This document shows positions 16,393 through 25,164 of a stretch of 50,290 nt of DNA, piece by piece. The stretch's first letter is position 1. Every line of letters starts with the position of its first letter. The notes under the pieces were generated by a model. The model was not told the DNA's origin and did no database searches. It saw only the letters and a program-made list of their open reading frames with translations. The position numbers were made by a program, and so were the translations under genes. The DNA is taken from sequence record DRR723986_8357; one strand, written 5' to 3'.

Positions 16393-19166
16393 ACGCAGTC
16401 TGCGGAATTGAACACAGTTTCATGGAAGTGACTTTACGCCCCCAAGACTCAGACGTTACCGTGCTCTCGCTGTTCGAGAAGTGGGAAGAGTCTGCGCCCG
16501 GACAACTTGCGGTCGTTCATGATAGCGCGGAATTCACCTACGCGGACTTGAAGTCTCGTGCTGACGGTATTGCCCACGCTCTGCATGCGGCAGGAGTGCG
16601 CCGGGGTGCGCGAGTTGGGATGCGTCTGCAACATTCCGCCGACGCTATCGCCTCCATGCTGGCTGCGTTTCAATTGGGAGCAGCTTTCGTCCCGCTGGAC
16701 CCAGATTTTCCTCAGGAACGCATCGCTTTCATGCTCGAGGATTCTGAAATCGAGACGATTTTGGTCGACGACGATTGGCAACCCCCATCGTCCGCGACTG
16801 CCAAATTGTTGAGCGTCAGCGATATCGAAGCGGTCCAAACGCAGAACGGTGAGTTCGCCGAAGACTTCGCGGCTCCACCGTTTGACACCTGTGCTCAACC
16901 AGATGATCTTGCGTATATCATGTACACATCCGGGTCCACCGGAAAACCCAAGGGAGTCTTGATCGATCACCGTGCGTTGACGACGTATTGCCGCGCTGAT
17001 GTTGAAGTCTATCAACTGCGCGACGACGATCGAACGCTTCAGTTTTCAACGCTTTGTTTTGATATCGCAATTGAAGAGATCTTTCCACCGCTAATCAGTG
17101 GCGGAGCCATCGTCGTTCGCCCTAGTGAAAGAGCGGATTCCGCAAACGAACTGTCAGCGATCATCGATCGATACAGCGTCACGGCGATCCACTTGGCTAC
17201 AGCTTACTGGCACGAGTGGGTCGATCTAATGGTGGCGTCAGCAGATCGTGCGCCCGAAAGTCTGCGGCTGGTAATTGCGACCGGCGAAAAAGTCTCAACG
17301 GCACACTATCGGCGTTGGATTGATTTGTGCGATCAGGATGTATTGTGGTGCAATGCCTACGGTCCAACTGAGGCGACGGTGACGGCAACCGTATTTGTGC
17401 CGGATCGTGATTTTGATCGCGAGCCGATGCCTATTGGAAAACCGTTGCCAGGCTATTCTGCTTGGATTCTTGATGCTGAAATGCGGCCAATTGACGTACC
17501 CGATCCCTGTGCAAAAGCAACGCCCGAGCCAGTAGACAACGAACAAGGAGCTGCACAGGAAAAAGCACTCGGGATCAGCGACGCTGGGATCAGTGAAACG
17601 GGGACGTTATACGTTGGTGGACCGGCGCTGGCACTTGGATACTTGAATCGGCCTGAATTGACGGAGAAAGCGTTCGTTGAAGTCGAACTGCCGCATGGAA
17701 GAGAACGACTCTATTGCACTGGAGATCTCGCTAGGTGGTTGCCCGACGGGAATATTGAGTTCGCAGGCCGTGTTGACCACCAAATTAAACTCGGATCGTA
17801 TCGCATTGAGCCAGGTGAAATTGAGGCTGGGTTGACTGCGCATCCCGGCGTTCTAGAAGCATTAGTACTGCACGAGCAGGTTGGCGCTCAAAAATACCTT
17901 GTCGCCTACGTAGTGAACTCGGATCCGGCGAAGTTGGATCTGGTTGACCTGGCTCGTCATGTTCGCGAGAGTTTGCCAGCGTACATGGTGCCGCACCGAT
18001 ATTGCGTGCTTCCAAAATTTCAAAAGACGATCAATGGCAAGGTTGATCGAAAGGCGTTACCTGATCCTGCGACGGCAGTCGTTCCCAACCAAGATGATTT
18101 CTGTCCGCCCGAAAGCGACACAGAGAAAAAATTGGCGGCGATTTGGACCGAGGTACTGCAAGTTCCGCGAGTGTCTGTCGACGATGACTTTTTCTACCTT
18201 GGTGGGAGTTCATTGCTGGCCGCACGTGTGATTGCTGAGCTGAAAAAGTCTCTCGACGTTGAGCTCCCGGTTCGCGATTTCTTTGCCAAGCCAACACTGG
18301 TAGAGGCTGCCGAGCACGTCGAACTGCTGTTGGGCGGGAAAAAGGGTAGCGATCCATCTCGCGCTACGAAGCGGCAAAGAGTTAAGCCCCAGCCAAGTTT
18401 TGTACGGACGCCACAAGGTAATCAGCTCTTCCATGTGGCTTATCAACCGCAAGCAACGGCGCGGCATGCTGTTGTGGTCTGTCATCCCTGGGGGCATGAG
18501 TACGTTCGGGCGTACCGTAATCTACAGCAGTTGAGTATACGTCTGGCTGACAAGGGCGTTGCGACGCATCGGTTTGATTATTCTGGAACCGGCAACTCCA
18601 GCGGCAGTCGCAATGATGTCACAATTGAGACCATGGTTGATGACACCTTAGCGATGCTTAGCGAGATCCTTAGCAACGAGGATCTAGAGCGAGTCACGCT
18701 CGTCGGCGTCCGGCTCGGTGCGACTGTAGGCGCGCATGCACTGCAGAAGTTTAAGGACTCACGCCTAGACTTTATCGCCTGGGATCCAATCTTGGACGGG
18801 CGCGAGTTCGTATCGCAACTTGAGTCAATGCACTCCTACGCATTAACTTCTCAGACACGGTTTGTTCGCCGCTGCAAGAACGCAGATCCCGCTCAGCTTT
18901 ATGGGGCTCCGTTCGACGTCCAACAGCGTGAGTCCTTTTCCGCGGTGGCTTTCCCAACTTCAATCGGTGAAATTGCAGCCACTTCGGTTGTATTGAGCCA
19001 GGGATATGCTGAAAACGCTGGCGTTCATCAGGGGCACTTGGCGGGCGTTGCTGTGCAGGAAACCAACGATGAGATCTATTGGGAGAACCCAGAGTTCGCC
19101 GAGCGAGCGTTTGCGAGCAGAGAGATCGATACTGCAATCATTAAATCGGTGACGTCCAATCCCTAG
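16389..19166 (+). CDS. Stand-alone NRPS-like protein: adenylation - thiolation - alpha/beta-hydrolase (no condensation domain)
   Basis: A motifs YTSGSTGKPKG, FDIAIEE, NAYGPTE, YCTGDL, GRVDHQIKLGSYRIEPGEIE, NGKVDR; T motif DDFFYLGGSSL; C-terminal P.GHE...YR, RFDYSGTG.S, GVRLGA, WDP; TTG start overlaps the ectB stop (alternative ATG 16422). Confidence 0.92.
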   Translation: MNAVCGIEHSFMEVTLRPQDSDVTVLSLFEKWEESAPGQLAVVHDSAEFTYADLKSRADGIAHALHAAGVRRGARVGMRLQHSADAIASMLAAFQLGAAFVPLDPDFPQERIAFMLEDSEIETILVDDDWQPPSSATAKLLSVSDIEAVQTQNGEFAEDFAAPPFDTCAQPDDLAYIMYTSGSTGKPKGVLIDHRALTTYCRADVEVYQLRDDDRTLQFSTLCFDIAIEEIFPPLISGGAIVVRPSERADSANELSAIIDRYSVTAIHLATAYWHEWVDLMVASADRAPESLRLVIATGEKVSTAHYRRWIDLCDQDVLWCNAYGPTEATVTATVFVPDRDFDREPMPIGKPLPGYSAWILDAEMRPIDVPDPCAKATPEPVDNEQGAAQEKALGISDAGISETGTLYVGGPALALGYLNRPELTEKAFVEVELPHGRERLYCTGDLARWLPDGNIEFAGRVDHQIKLGSYRIEPGEIEAGLTAHPGVLEALVLHEQVGAQKYLVAYVVNSDPAKLDLVDLARHVRESLPAYMVPHRYCVLPKFQKTINGKVDRKALPDPATAVVPNQDDFCPPESDTEKKLAAIWTEVLQVPRVSVDDDFFYLGGSSLLAARVIAELKKSLDVELPVRDFFAKPTLVEAAEHVELLLGGKKGSDPSRATKRQRVKPQPSFVRTPQGNQLFHVAYQPQATARHAVVVCHPWGHEYVRAYRNLQQLSIRLADKGVATHRFDYSGTGNSSGSRNDVTIETMVDDTLAMLSEILSNEDLERVTLVGVRLGATVGAHALQKFKDSRLDFIAWDPILDGREFVSQLESMHSYALTSQTRFVRRCKNADPAQLYGAPFDVQQRESFSAVAFPTSIGEIAATSVVLSQGYAENAGVHQGHLAGVAVQETNDEIYWENPEFAERAFASREIDTAIIKSVTSNP

Positions 19167-19214
19167 GTTCGATTATTGCACGGCACATTGCGTTCACAAG
19201 CACTAGAGAAATCA

Positions 19215-20060
19215 ATGATAGGCACGACGTCGAGATCAAGCGAACCTGAGGCGGCATTGTTTGGCTCAGAAGAGAATTTGGTTGGGGTCTATACGCCCGC
19301 CGAAAGCCAGCCTTCGAAGTTTGCTGTCGTCATGGTGACGGCTGGCATGCTGCACAGTCCCGGTCCCTTCGGGTTGCATTCGGATCTTGCCGTAGGCCTT
19401 GCGCAAGCCGGCATTTCAAGTCTGCGATTCGACCTGTCGGGTATTGGGGAGAGTCTCACTGGTGGATCTACGGCTGTTTCGCTGGACCGTGCCGCCGATG
19501 AGATTCAGTCTGCTGCAGGTTGGATTCGTGAGCATCATGGTGTTAGCCGGTTCGGCTTGTTCGGCCTTTGTTCCGGTGCCGACGACTCCATCTATACCGC
19601 GACGCACACAGACGACTTTGGGGCGATTTTTGCCGTGGATGGGTGTGGCTATCGGACGAAGCAGTTTTATTGGCATCGGGTTGTAAATCATTATTTGCCA
19701 AAGGTATTCAACCGGCGACGTTGGGCATCTTTCCTGTCTACTCAACTATCTGAACAGCAGAGCGGTGTTCCCAGCTCACTGCAACTTCAGGACGATATCC
19801 GAGAGTTTCCTGAGCAGTCCGTAGCAGAAGAGCAGTTGCAGAAGTTGGGCGATCGCGGTGTCAGAGTGAACATGTTTTACACCGGAGGTGTTGGGGAGTA
19901 CTTCAACCACGCTGGGCAGTTCCGAAAGATGTTTCCGAATCTGAAGAGCCCTAACGTGACTAGCGAGTACTGGCCCGATTGCGACCACACCGCTTTCCTG
20001 CTTGAACATCGTCAGCGGCTTGTATCACGGGCAACCGAATTCTTTGCCGGCTGTGCGTGA
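19215..20060 (+). CDS. Alpha/beta-hydrolase-fold protein (exosortase-associated hydrolase-1-like)
   Basis: LVGVYT, AGMLHSPGP, LRFDLSGIGES, GLCSGAD, C-terminal DHTA. Confidence 0.85.
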   Translation: MIGTTSRSSEPEAALFGSEENLVGVYTPAESQPSKFAVVMVTAGMLHSPGPFGLHSDLAVGLAQAGISSLRFDLSGIGESLTGGSTAVSLDRAADEIQSAAGWIREHHGVSRFGLFGLCSGADDSIYTATHTDDFGAIFAVDGCGYRTKQFYWHRVVNHYLPKVFNRRRWASFLSTQLSEQQSGVPSSLQLQDDIREFPEQSVAEEQLQKLGDRGVRVNMFYTGGVGEYFNHAGQFRKMFPNLKSPNVTSEYWPDCDHTAFLLEHRQRLVSRATEFFAGCA

Positions 20061-20070
20061 CTAGATACTT

Positions 20071-20703
20071 CTAAGCGCGGTCGCTGTCCAAGGCGTCGTC
20101 GATTGAATCCAGCCCTAGGTCTTCCGCCGCGATGTCGAGCATTTGTTCGGGCGATTCTGATGCTTCTGGCTGCTCACGCTGAGTGGCTTTGGTGACGGTA
20201 ATAGCCGCTTCAGTTGGTTTGACGACAAAATCCCGGCCACGTTTCTCGATTATTTCGACACGCGTTTCTGCTTCGATAGCACCCGCCTGGGCGACTAAAT
20301 TGAAGATTTGGTTGTTTAGCCGGACTGCACCACTCGGAAGCAACGGAGTGTCAAGTAGAATCACTTCTCCGATTGGAAATTCCGTTTCGTTACTTTCCGT
20401 TACCTCGTCGGCCCTTTGTGGCGGATTGAGTATGACGCGTTTGCCGACATAAGTCCGCGGCCAGACTTTCACCGCTAGAAACAGTGCTCCCGGAACGGCG
20501 GACAATGAGAGCGTCAGCATGACCATCCCAAAGGTCTGGCTGACCCGAAATGCGAACAAGACACTCGCCAGCGTCGCAATGATGCCAATGATCAAGAGCG
20601 TCGCCCCACTTGGAATAAACAAATCCAAGAAGGCAAGTGTGATGCCCACCAAGAAGAGTGTGATAGATAGGTAGATTGGGTCCACGGTTGTGATTTCTCT
20701 CAT
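20071..20703 (-). CDS. NfeD family membrane protein
   Basis: LDLFIPSG followed by TM helices, then OB-fold T.L.PSG.V...I......VEI. Confidence 0.8.
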   Translation of the reverse strand: MREITTVDPIYLSITLFLVGITLAFLDLFIPSGATLLIIGIIATLASVLFAFRVSQTFGMVMLTLSLSAVPGALFLAVKVWPRTYVGKRVILNPPQRADEVTESNETEFPIGEVILLDTPLLPSGAVRLNNQIFNLVAQAGAIEAETRVEIIEKRGRDFVVKPTEAAITVTKATQREQPEASESPEQMLDIAAEDLGLDSIDDALDSDRA

Positions 20704-20765
20704 TTGGGCCAGCCAAAACGCAGGTCGTACCGAGCTCTCCGAAGCACTCAGAGGTTGTCGCCCTT

Positions 20766-20881
20766 AAGCCCGCACTGCGAAAGCCCCGCACTGTCCGAAA
20801 CCTGTCAAAGCCCCGCACTGCCCACTGCACTGTGAATCGAGTGGTTTGGCTACTATCATCTCTGCTCAGGCTACTATCATC
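20766..20881. repeat. Intergenic direct repeats
   Basis: AAGCCC(C)GCACTG x3 (20766, 20781, 20808) and GGCTACTATCATC x2 (20848, 20869). Confidence 0.8.
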
Positions 20882-20939
20882 ATTGTTGGGTGGCGAGACA
20901 AGTCAAAAAACTCATTCGCGCTTTTAGGAAGCTCGGTTC

Positions 20940-22223
20940 ATGCTGATAACGGAAATCATCGCCAAGAAACGTGATAGCCGCGAATTATCTGACCAGGAGA
21001 TAGCGTTCGTCGTTGATGGGATCAGTAATGGCTCACTGCCGGATTACCAACTGGCTTCGTGGGCAATGGCAGTGCTGTGCCGGGGCATGTCGAGCCGTGA
21101 AACTGCGACGCTCACCGATTGCATGCTTGGAAGTGGACGAAGGCTTCAGCGGGCGACCGACCGACCGCGGGTCGACAAGCATTCGACGGGTGGCCTGGGC
21201 GATAAGGTCTCGCTGATACTGGCCCCGCTGATAGCTCTGTTCGACGTCGATGTGCCAATGTTAAGTGGGCGAGGGCTGGGAATCACCGGCGGCACACTCG
21301 ACAAATTGGAGGCCTTTCAGGGCTACCGAACAGATTTGTCGGAAGCAGAAGTGGACCACCAGTTGAAATCGATTGGCTGTGTCATTACGGGAACGACACA
21401 GGACGTTGCACCGGCGGACAAGCGGTTGTATCTGCTACGGGATGCAACGGCAACGGTTCCGTCGATCGCACTGATAACGGGATCCATCATGTCCAAGAAA
21501 CTTGCCGCGTCGCTCGACGCACTTGTCTTGGATGTGAAGTTCGGTTCCGGAGCGTTCATGACAAATCGAAACGATGCCAATCAGTTGGCGGAAAGTTTGG
21601 TTGCGACTGGACGGCGAATGGATGTCAAAACGTCTGCGATACTTTCCGACATGGAGCAACCGTTGGGGGAGATGGTTGGAAACGCATGCGAAGTCAACGA
21701 GTCGATTGAGATCTTGCGAGGAGCTGGGCCCTGCGACGCTCGTGACCTGACGATTGCGTTGTGCGCGGAGCTGTTGGTTCAAATAGGGCGATTCAAAGAA
21801 ATCTCTGAAGCGGATGCTGCGTTGCAGGCTCGCCTGGCCGACGGATCCGCACTCAAACGTTTTCAGGAGATGGTTGAGATGCAGGGCGGGACTTTCGCCG
21901 ACGCCCTGCCATTGGCCGATGCGTATGTTGTCGAGGCTGAGAAAACTGGATTCATTCAATCGACCGATGGTGCCACCCTTGGGAACTGCGTCATATCATT
22001 AGGAGGCGGCCGCAAGCAGCTTGGGGACCCAGTGCTTCACGACGTCGGACTGAAGATGCACAAGAAAATCGGTGACGAGGTTGGAACGGGTGAGCAACTG
22101 ATCACTGTTTTTGCACGATCAAAAAACGATTTTGAAGCTGTCCAGACGCGATTAAGAGACGCAATCAAAATCTCTTCATCACCGGTTGCACCGAATCGGC
22201 TATTCGAACGCGTGGCATCTTAG
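20940..22223 (+). CDS. deoA: Thymidine / pyrimidine-nucleoside phosphorylase
   Basis: II.KKRD, DYQ, DKHSTGGLGDK, SGRGLGITGGTLDKLE, SIMSKKLA, DVKFGSGAFM. Confidence 0.93.
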   Translation: MLITEIIAKKRDSRELSDQEIAFVVDGISNGSLPDYQLASWAMAVLCRGMSSRETATLTDCMLGSGRRLQRATDRPRVDKHSTGGLGDKVSLILAPLIALFDVDVPMLSGRGLGITGGTLDKLEAFQGYRTDLSEAEVDHQLKSIGCVITGTTQDVAPADKRLYLLRDATATVPSIALITGSIMSKKLAASLDALVLDVKFGSGAFMTNRNDANQLAESLVATGRRMDVKTSAILSDMEQPLGEMVGNACEVNESIEILRGAGPCDARDLTIALCAELLVQIGRFKEISEADAALQARLADGSALKRFQEMVEMQGGTFADALPLADAYVVEAEKTGFIQSTDGATLGNCVISLGGGRKQLGDPVLHDVGLKMHKKIGDEVGTGEQLITVFARSKNDFEAVQTRLRDAIKISSSPVAPNRLFERVAS

Positions 22224-22264
22224 ACATTGATCGGCGACAAGTACTCGCAGCTTAGTGACTCAAC

Positions 22265-22456
22265 ATGAAATCCATCTGCAAGTTATCTAAGGCTGAGCTG
22301 GCCGCTGCGCTTCCAGAATTGTGCCGGACAGACGAACTCAAGTTCGTTTGCAAGAAGTGTGGGCGATTGGCTGCCAAGAAAGCGAGGCTGTGCAAAGCCC
22401 TGCCAATTGCCAAGATCGTTGATGTGGACCAATCGACCGCTTCAGGTGAAGAGTAG
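22265..22456 (+). CDS. Small Cys-rich, possibly Zn-binding protein
   Basis: MKSICK...FVCKKCGRLA.KK.RLCK pattern. Confidence 0.65.
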   Translation: MKSICKLSKAELAAALPELCRTDELKFVCKKCGRLAAKKARLCKALPIAKIVDVDQSTASGEE

Positions 22457-22585
22457 ATCGATAGCTTCAGATGAAGACTCGCCAGCACAGTCAGGTACCT
22501 GGTGCTGCACGAGCGTCTCGATTCGTATTCTATGCACAGAAGCAGGTAGTTGCTATCTAACTGCGTGTCCGAAAGCGCTTATTGA

Positions 22586-24700
22586 CTAACTGCCTGGCAG
22601 CCAGATCTTGCTCTCGCCTTGCGGAGGTTCTGGTTCAGAACCCGGTATGACGAGATTGCTGCCTCCCGATTGCTGTGGAGCAGCAGCAGGGGCTGCACCT
22701 GGACCGCCACCGGTCATCGAACCTGGCCCCATTGGCGGGGCACCAGCCATGACTTGCTGAATGAAGGCCATCAGGTGAGGGTCACTCGGGTACTTCTCCA
22801 TGCTCTCCTTCATCAGGAGACGGGCATCCTCATCGCGACCGTTCTCAGCCAGCAAGGTAAGTTTCTGAAGGATGGCCTGACCAACTTCGCCGCCGAGTTT
22901 GTCCAAGGATTCGATGGTTACATCAAGCAGCTTGACCGCGTCGTCGAAGTTCGTTGCAAAACGCAATGATGCTTGGGCGGCGACAAAGCGAAGGTCGTAC
23001 CGTTCGCTCATGCTCTTGCGTGCCATAATCTGCTTACTGCATTCGTGGATAACTGCAGAAAGCCCCATGTCGAGAGCCGCGTAAGTGGTGTTCGTCAGAT
23101 CTTCGTCGCTGAGTGATGCAGCGTCGACAGCGACTACCTCCAAGCAGTTTGGTGCATCGTTACCTGGCTTGGCTGTAGGCAGTTCAATGTTCAGTTCGGC
23201 GAAGAGTTTTCGCACCGATTCAGGTGTAAAGCTGAGGCGACCCCAAAGTGAGGCGTGGACGGCAATGCTACCAACCAGATTTCTGTGATCCGCAGAATCC
23301 TTGACTTCATTGAGTGATTTTCCGTCCATGACCGTAAGCGGGCATGCAAGGAAATCGTTGAGGATTTCTTCCTGGGATTCAGCGGGAGACAGTGGGCGTC
23401 GACCACCGTTGGGAAGGATTTCAAAGCGGTCTCGACCGGCCCATTCGGCGTAAGTGATGCTGACGTTCAGGTCAAAGTCCACTTCGTCCTTTAGATCCAG
23501 TTTCTCAATTATGCCGTCTACCGATGTACGAGCAACTTCCAAATCGCAGCACTGCACCAGGGCTCGCGCTGGCCGGTCGGTTTGCTTGCCATACAGGGTG
23601 ACTTGCCCGAGCACTGAAGCGCTTGCTTTTTCCTCGCCGTCGCCCAGCTTGATGCTGCGGTCGTAAATCAGCCCAGTTGCTTTGGCAGGAACTTCGTCGC
23701 CGACCAAGGTTGCTTTGTGGCCAAGCAGGGCATTCGTTTCTTCGCTGTCGCCCGTGATAACAAGTACGTTATCCAGCGACTGAAGTGTCGTTAGAGCTTC
23801 GTCAGCGGATTCAATTTCGCGGTAGACGCTGTACGCCGGAATAGAAGCCAGGACGTTTTTTGAATCCAAGTGGATCGTCCATGCGCCCCAGAGGAAACGG
23901 TTTGTTTCGGTTAGGCCTTCGGTCTCGGATAGCTTCTTGCAACTATCAAATGCCGCGTACTGATCGAGAAGTGCGATTTGTGTTCTAGCAAGCCAACTGA
24001 GCGGTTCGGGGGCATCTGGGAAGTCACGTAGGATTGAACGCAGTTTGGATTCGGCTTGACTGAAACGGAACGACTTTGCAAGGGCTTTCACCTCGGCCAA
24101 ACGCTCTTTCCATCCGCGGTCAGGCGGTCCCACCTCGGTTGGCGGTTCAATCTTCGATAGCGTGTGCAATGCTGGATCGCCACGCAGCGAGTTCTCGATC
24201 TGCGAAGTGCCTTCGAAAGTGCTGATGATATTGAGCAGCTTGGAAATAATGCTGGCGTTTCCAGATCGAACAAGCTGCGAAACCAAGCCGTTGGCGACGG
24301 TTGGAAGCATACCCGGCAGCGCTTCCCGCGACTCAGCAATCGAGTCGTAAAAGTTGCGAACGGTTTCTTGCGGGGATTCTTCGCCGAGGACGCCGGACAG
24401 TGCCCGCATTGCGAGGGCCAGTGGATTGTCGGGCTTCAGCTTCAAGAAGCGACTGGCGTTGTCACGAAATGTGTCGAATTCACGCAACTGCAGCGCAACC
24501 TCGCCCTTGATGGCCAGCAACCAAGCTGCGTTCGGAGTCTTATCGAGAAGCTGGTTGATTCGATCTAGTGCGGCAACGCCCTGCCCGCCCTCAATCAATT
24601 TGATCAGTTTCTCAAGGTCTTGAACGTTGTCGACGCATTTGCAGAACTTGAGCTTCTTTCCGTTTCCGCAGGGACAAAGGGAATAGTGGTCGATCGCCAT
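22586..24700 (-). CDS. SEC-C motif / TPR-like protein
   Basis: N-terminal YSLCPCGNGKKLKFC, TPR-like helices, C-terminal SKIWLPGS. Confidence 0.85.
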   Translation of the reverse strand: MAIDHYSLCPCGNGKKLKFCKCVDNVQDLEKLIKLIEGGQGVAALDRINQLLDKTPNAAWLLAIKGEVALQLREFDTFRDNASRFLKLKPDNPLALAMRALSGVLGEESPQETVRNFYDSIAESREALPGMLPTVANGLVSQLVRSGNASIISKLLNIISTFEGTSQIENSLRGDPALHTLSKIEPPTEVGPPDRGWKERLAEVKALAKSFRFSQAESKLRSILRDFPDAPEPLSWLARTQIALLDQYAAFDSCKKLSETEGLTETNRFLWGAWTIHLDSKNVLASIPAYSVYREIESADEALTTLQSLDNVLVITGDSEETNALLGHKATLVGDEVPAKATGLIYDRSIKLGDGEEKASASVLGQVTLYGKQTDRPARALVQCCDLEVARTSVDGIIEKLDLKDEVDFDLNVSITYAEWAGRDRFEILPNGGRRPLSPAESQEEILNDFLACPLTVMDGKSLNEVKDSADHRNLVGSIAVHASLWGRLSFTPESVRKLFAELNIELPTAKPGNDAPNCLEVVAVDAASLSDEDLTNTTYAALDMGLSAVIHECSKQIMARKSMSERYDLRFVAAQASLRFATNFDDAVKLLDVTIESLDKLGGEVGQAILQKLTLLAENGRDEDARLLMKESMEKYPSDPHLMAFIQQVMAGAPPMGPGSMTGGGPGAAPAAAPQQSGGSNLVIPGSEPEPPQGESKIWLPGS

Positions 24701-25164
24701 GAGCTTCTTGCCTGAACCGAGTGCTTAATATGATTCTGAGAATAGATTTCTACGCCCGAAGTTTAACAAAGTAAATTGGTTTCGGCGACGCCCGCCACCT
24801 GCAAGCTCGATGGCCAACCAGCTTGTTGGGGCCATCGCAACGGGGCAATAAAGAATGCAGAAGTGCATTTTACGGTCACGGCGTAAGTGAGCTGGCGCTG
24901 CGTGAAGGCTGCGAATGCTTTAACTTGATGGGCGATCGGCCGACAGTTGGCATTGCCTGTGGGAAGGCGGCGAACCGACGCCCCAAGATCTCCTGTGGTA
25001 ACCAGAGCACGTTTCGCGGGCCCGGTATCCTGTATTGTCAGCGTCCAGCTTGCTGTGCGGCAAATTGCTAAGTGCGAATCACTTGGCAATGTAGCGCTAG
25101 GCAGCGGGATTGAATGGCAGAGCTCAGGAAGGCGACGTGAATTCGTTTAGGATGTAACAAACTC

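Noticed and set aside
20766-20881. CRISPR array
   Set aside because: Repeats are 13-14 nt with irregular 2-14 nt spacers and there are no cas genes
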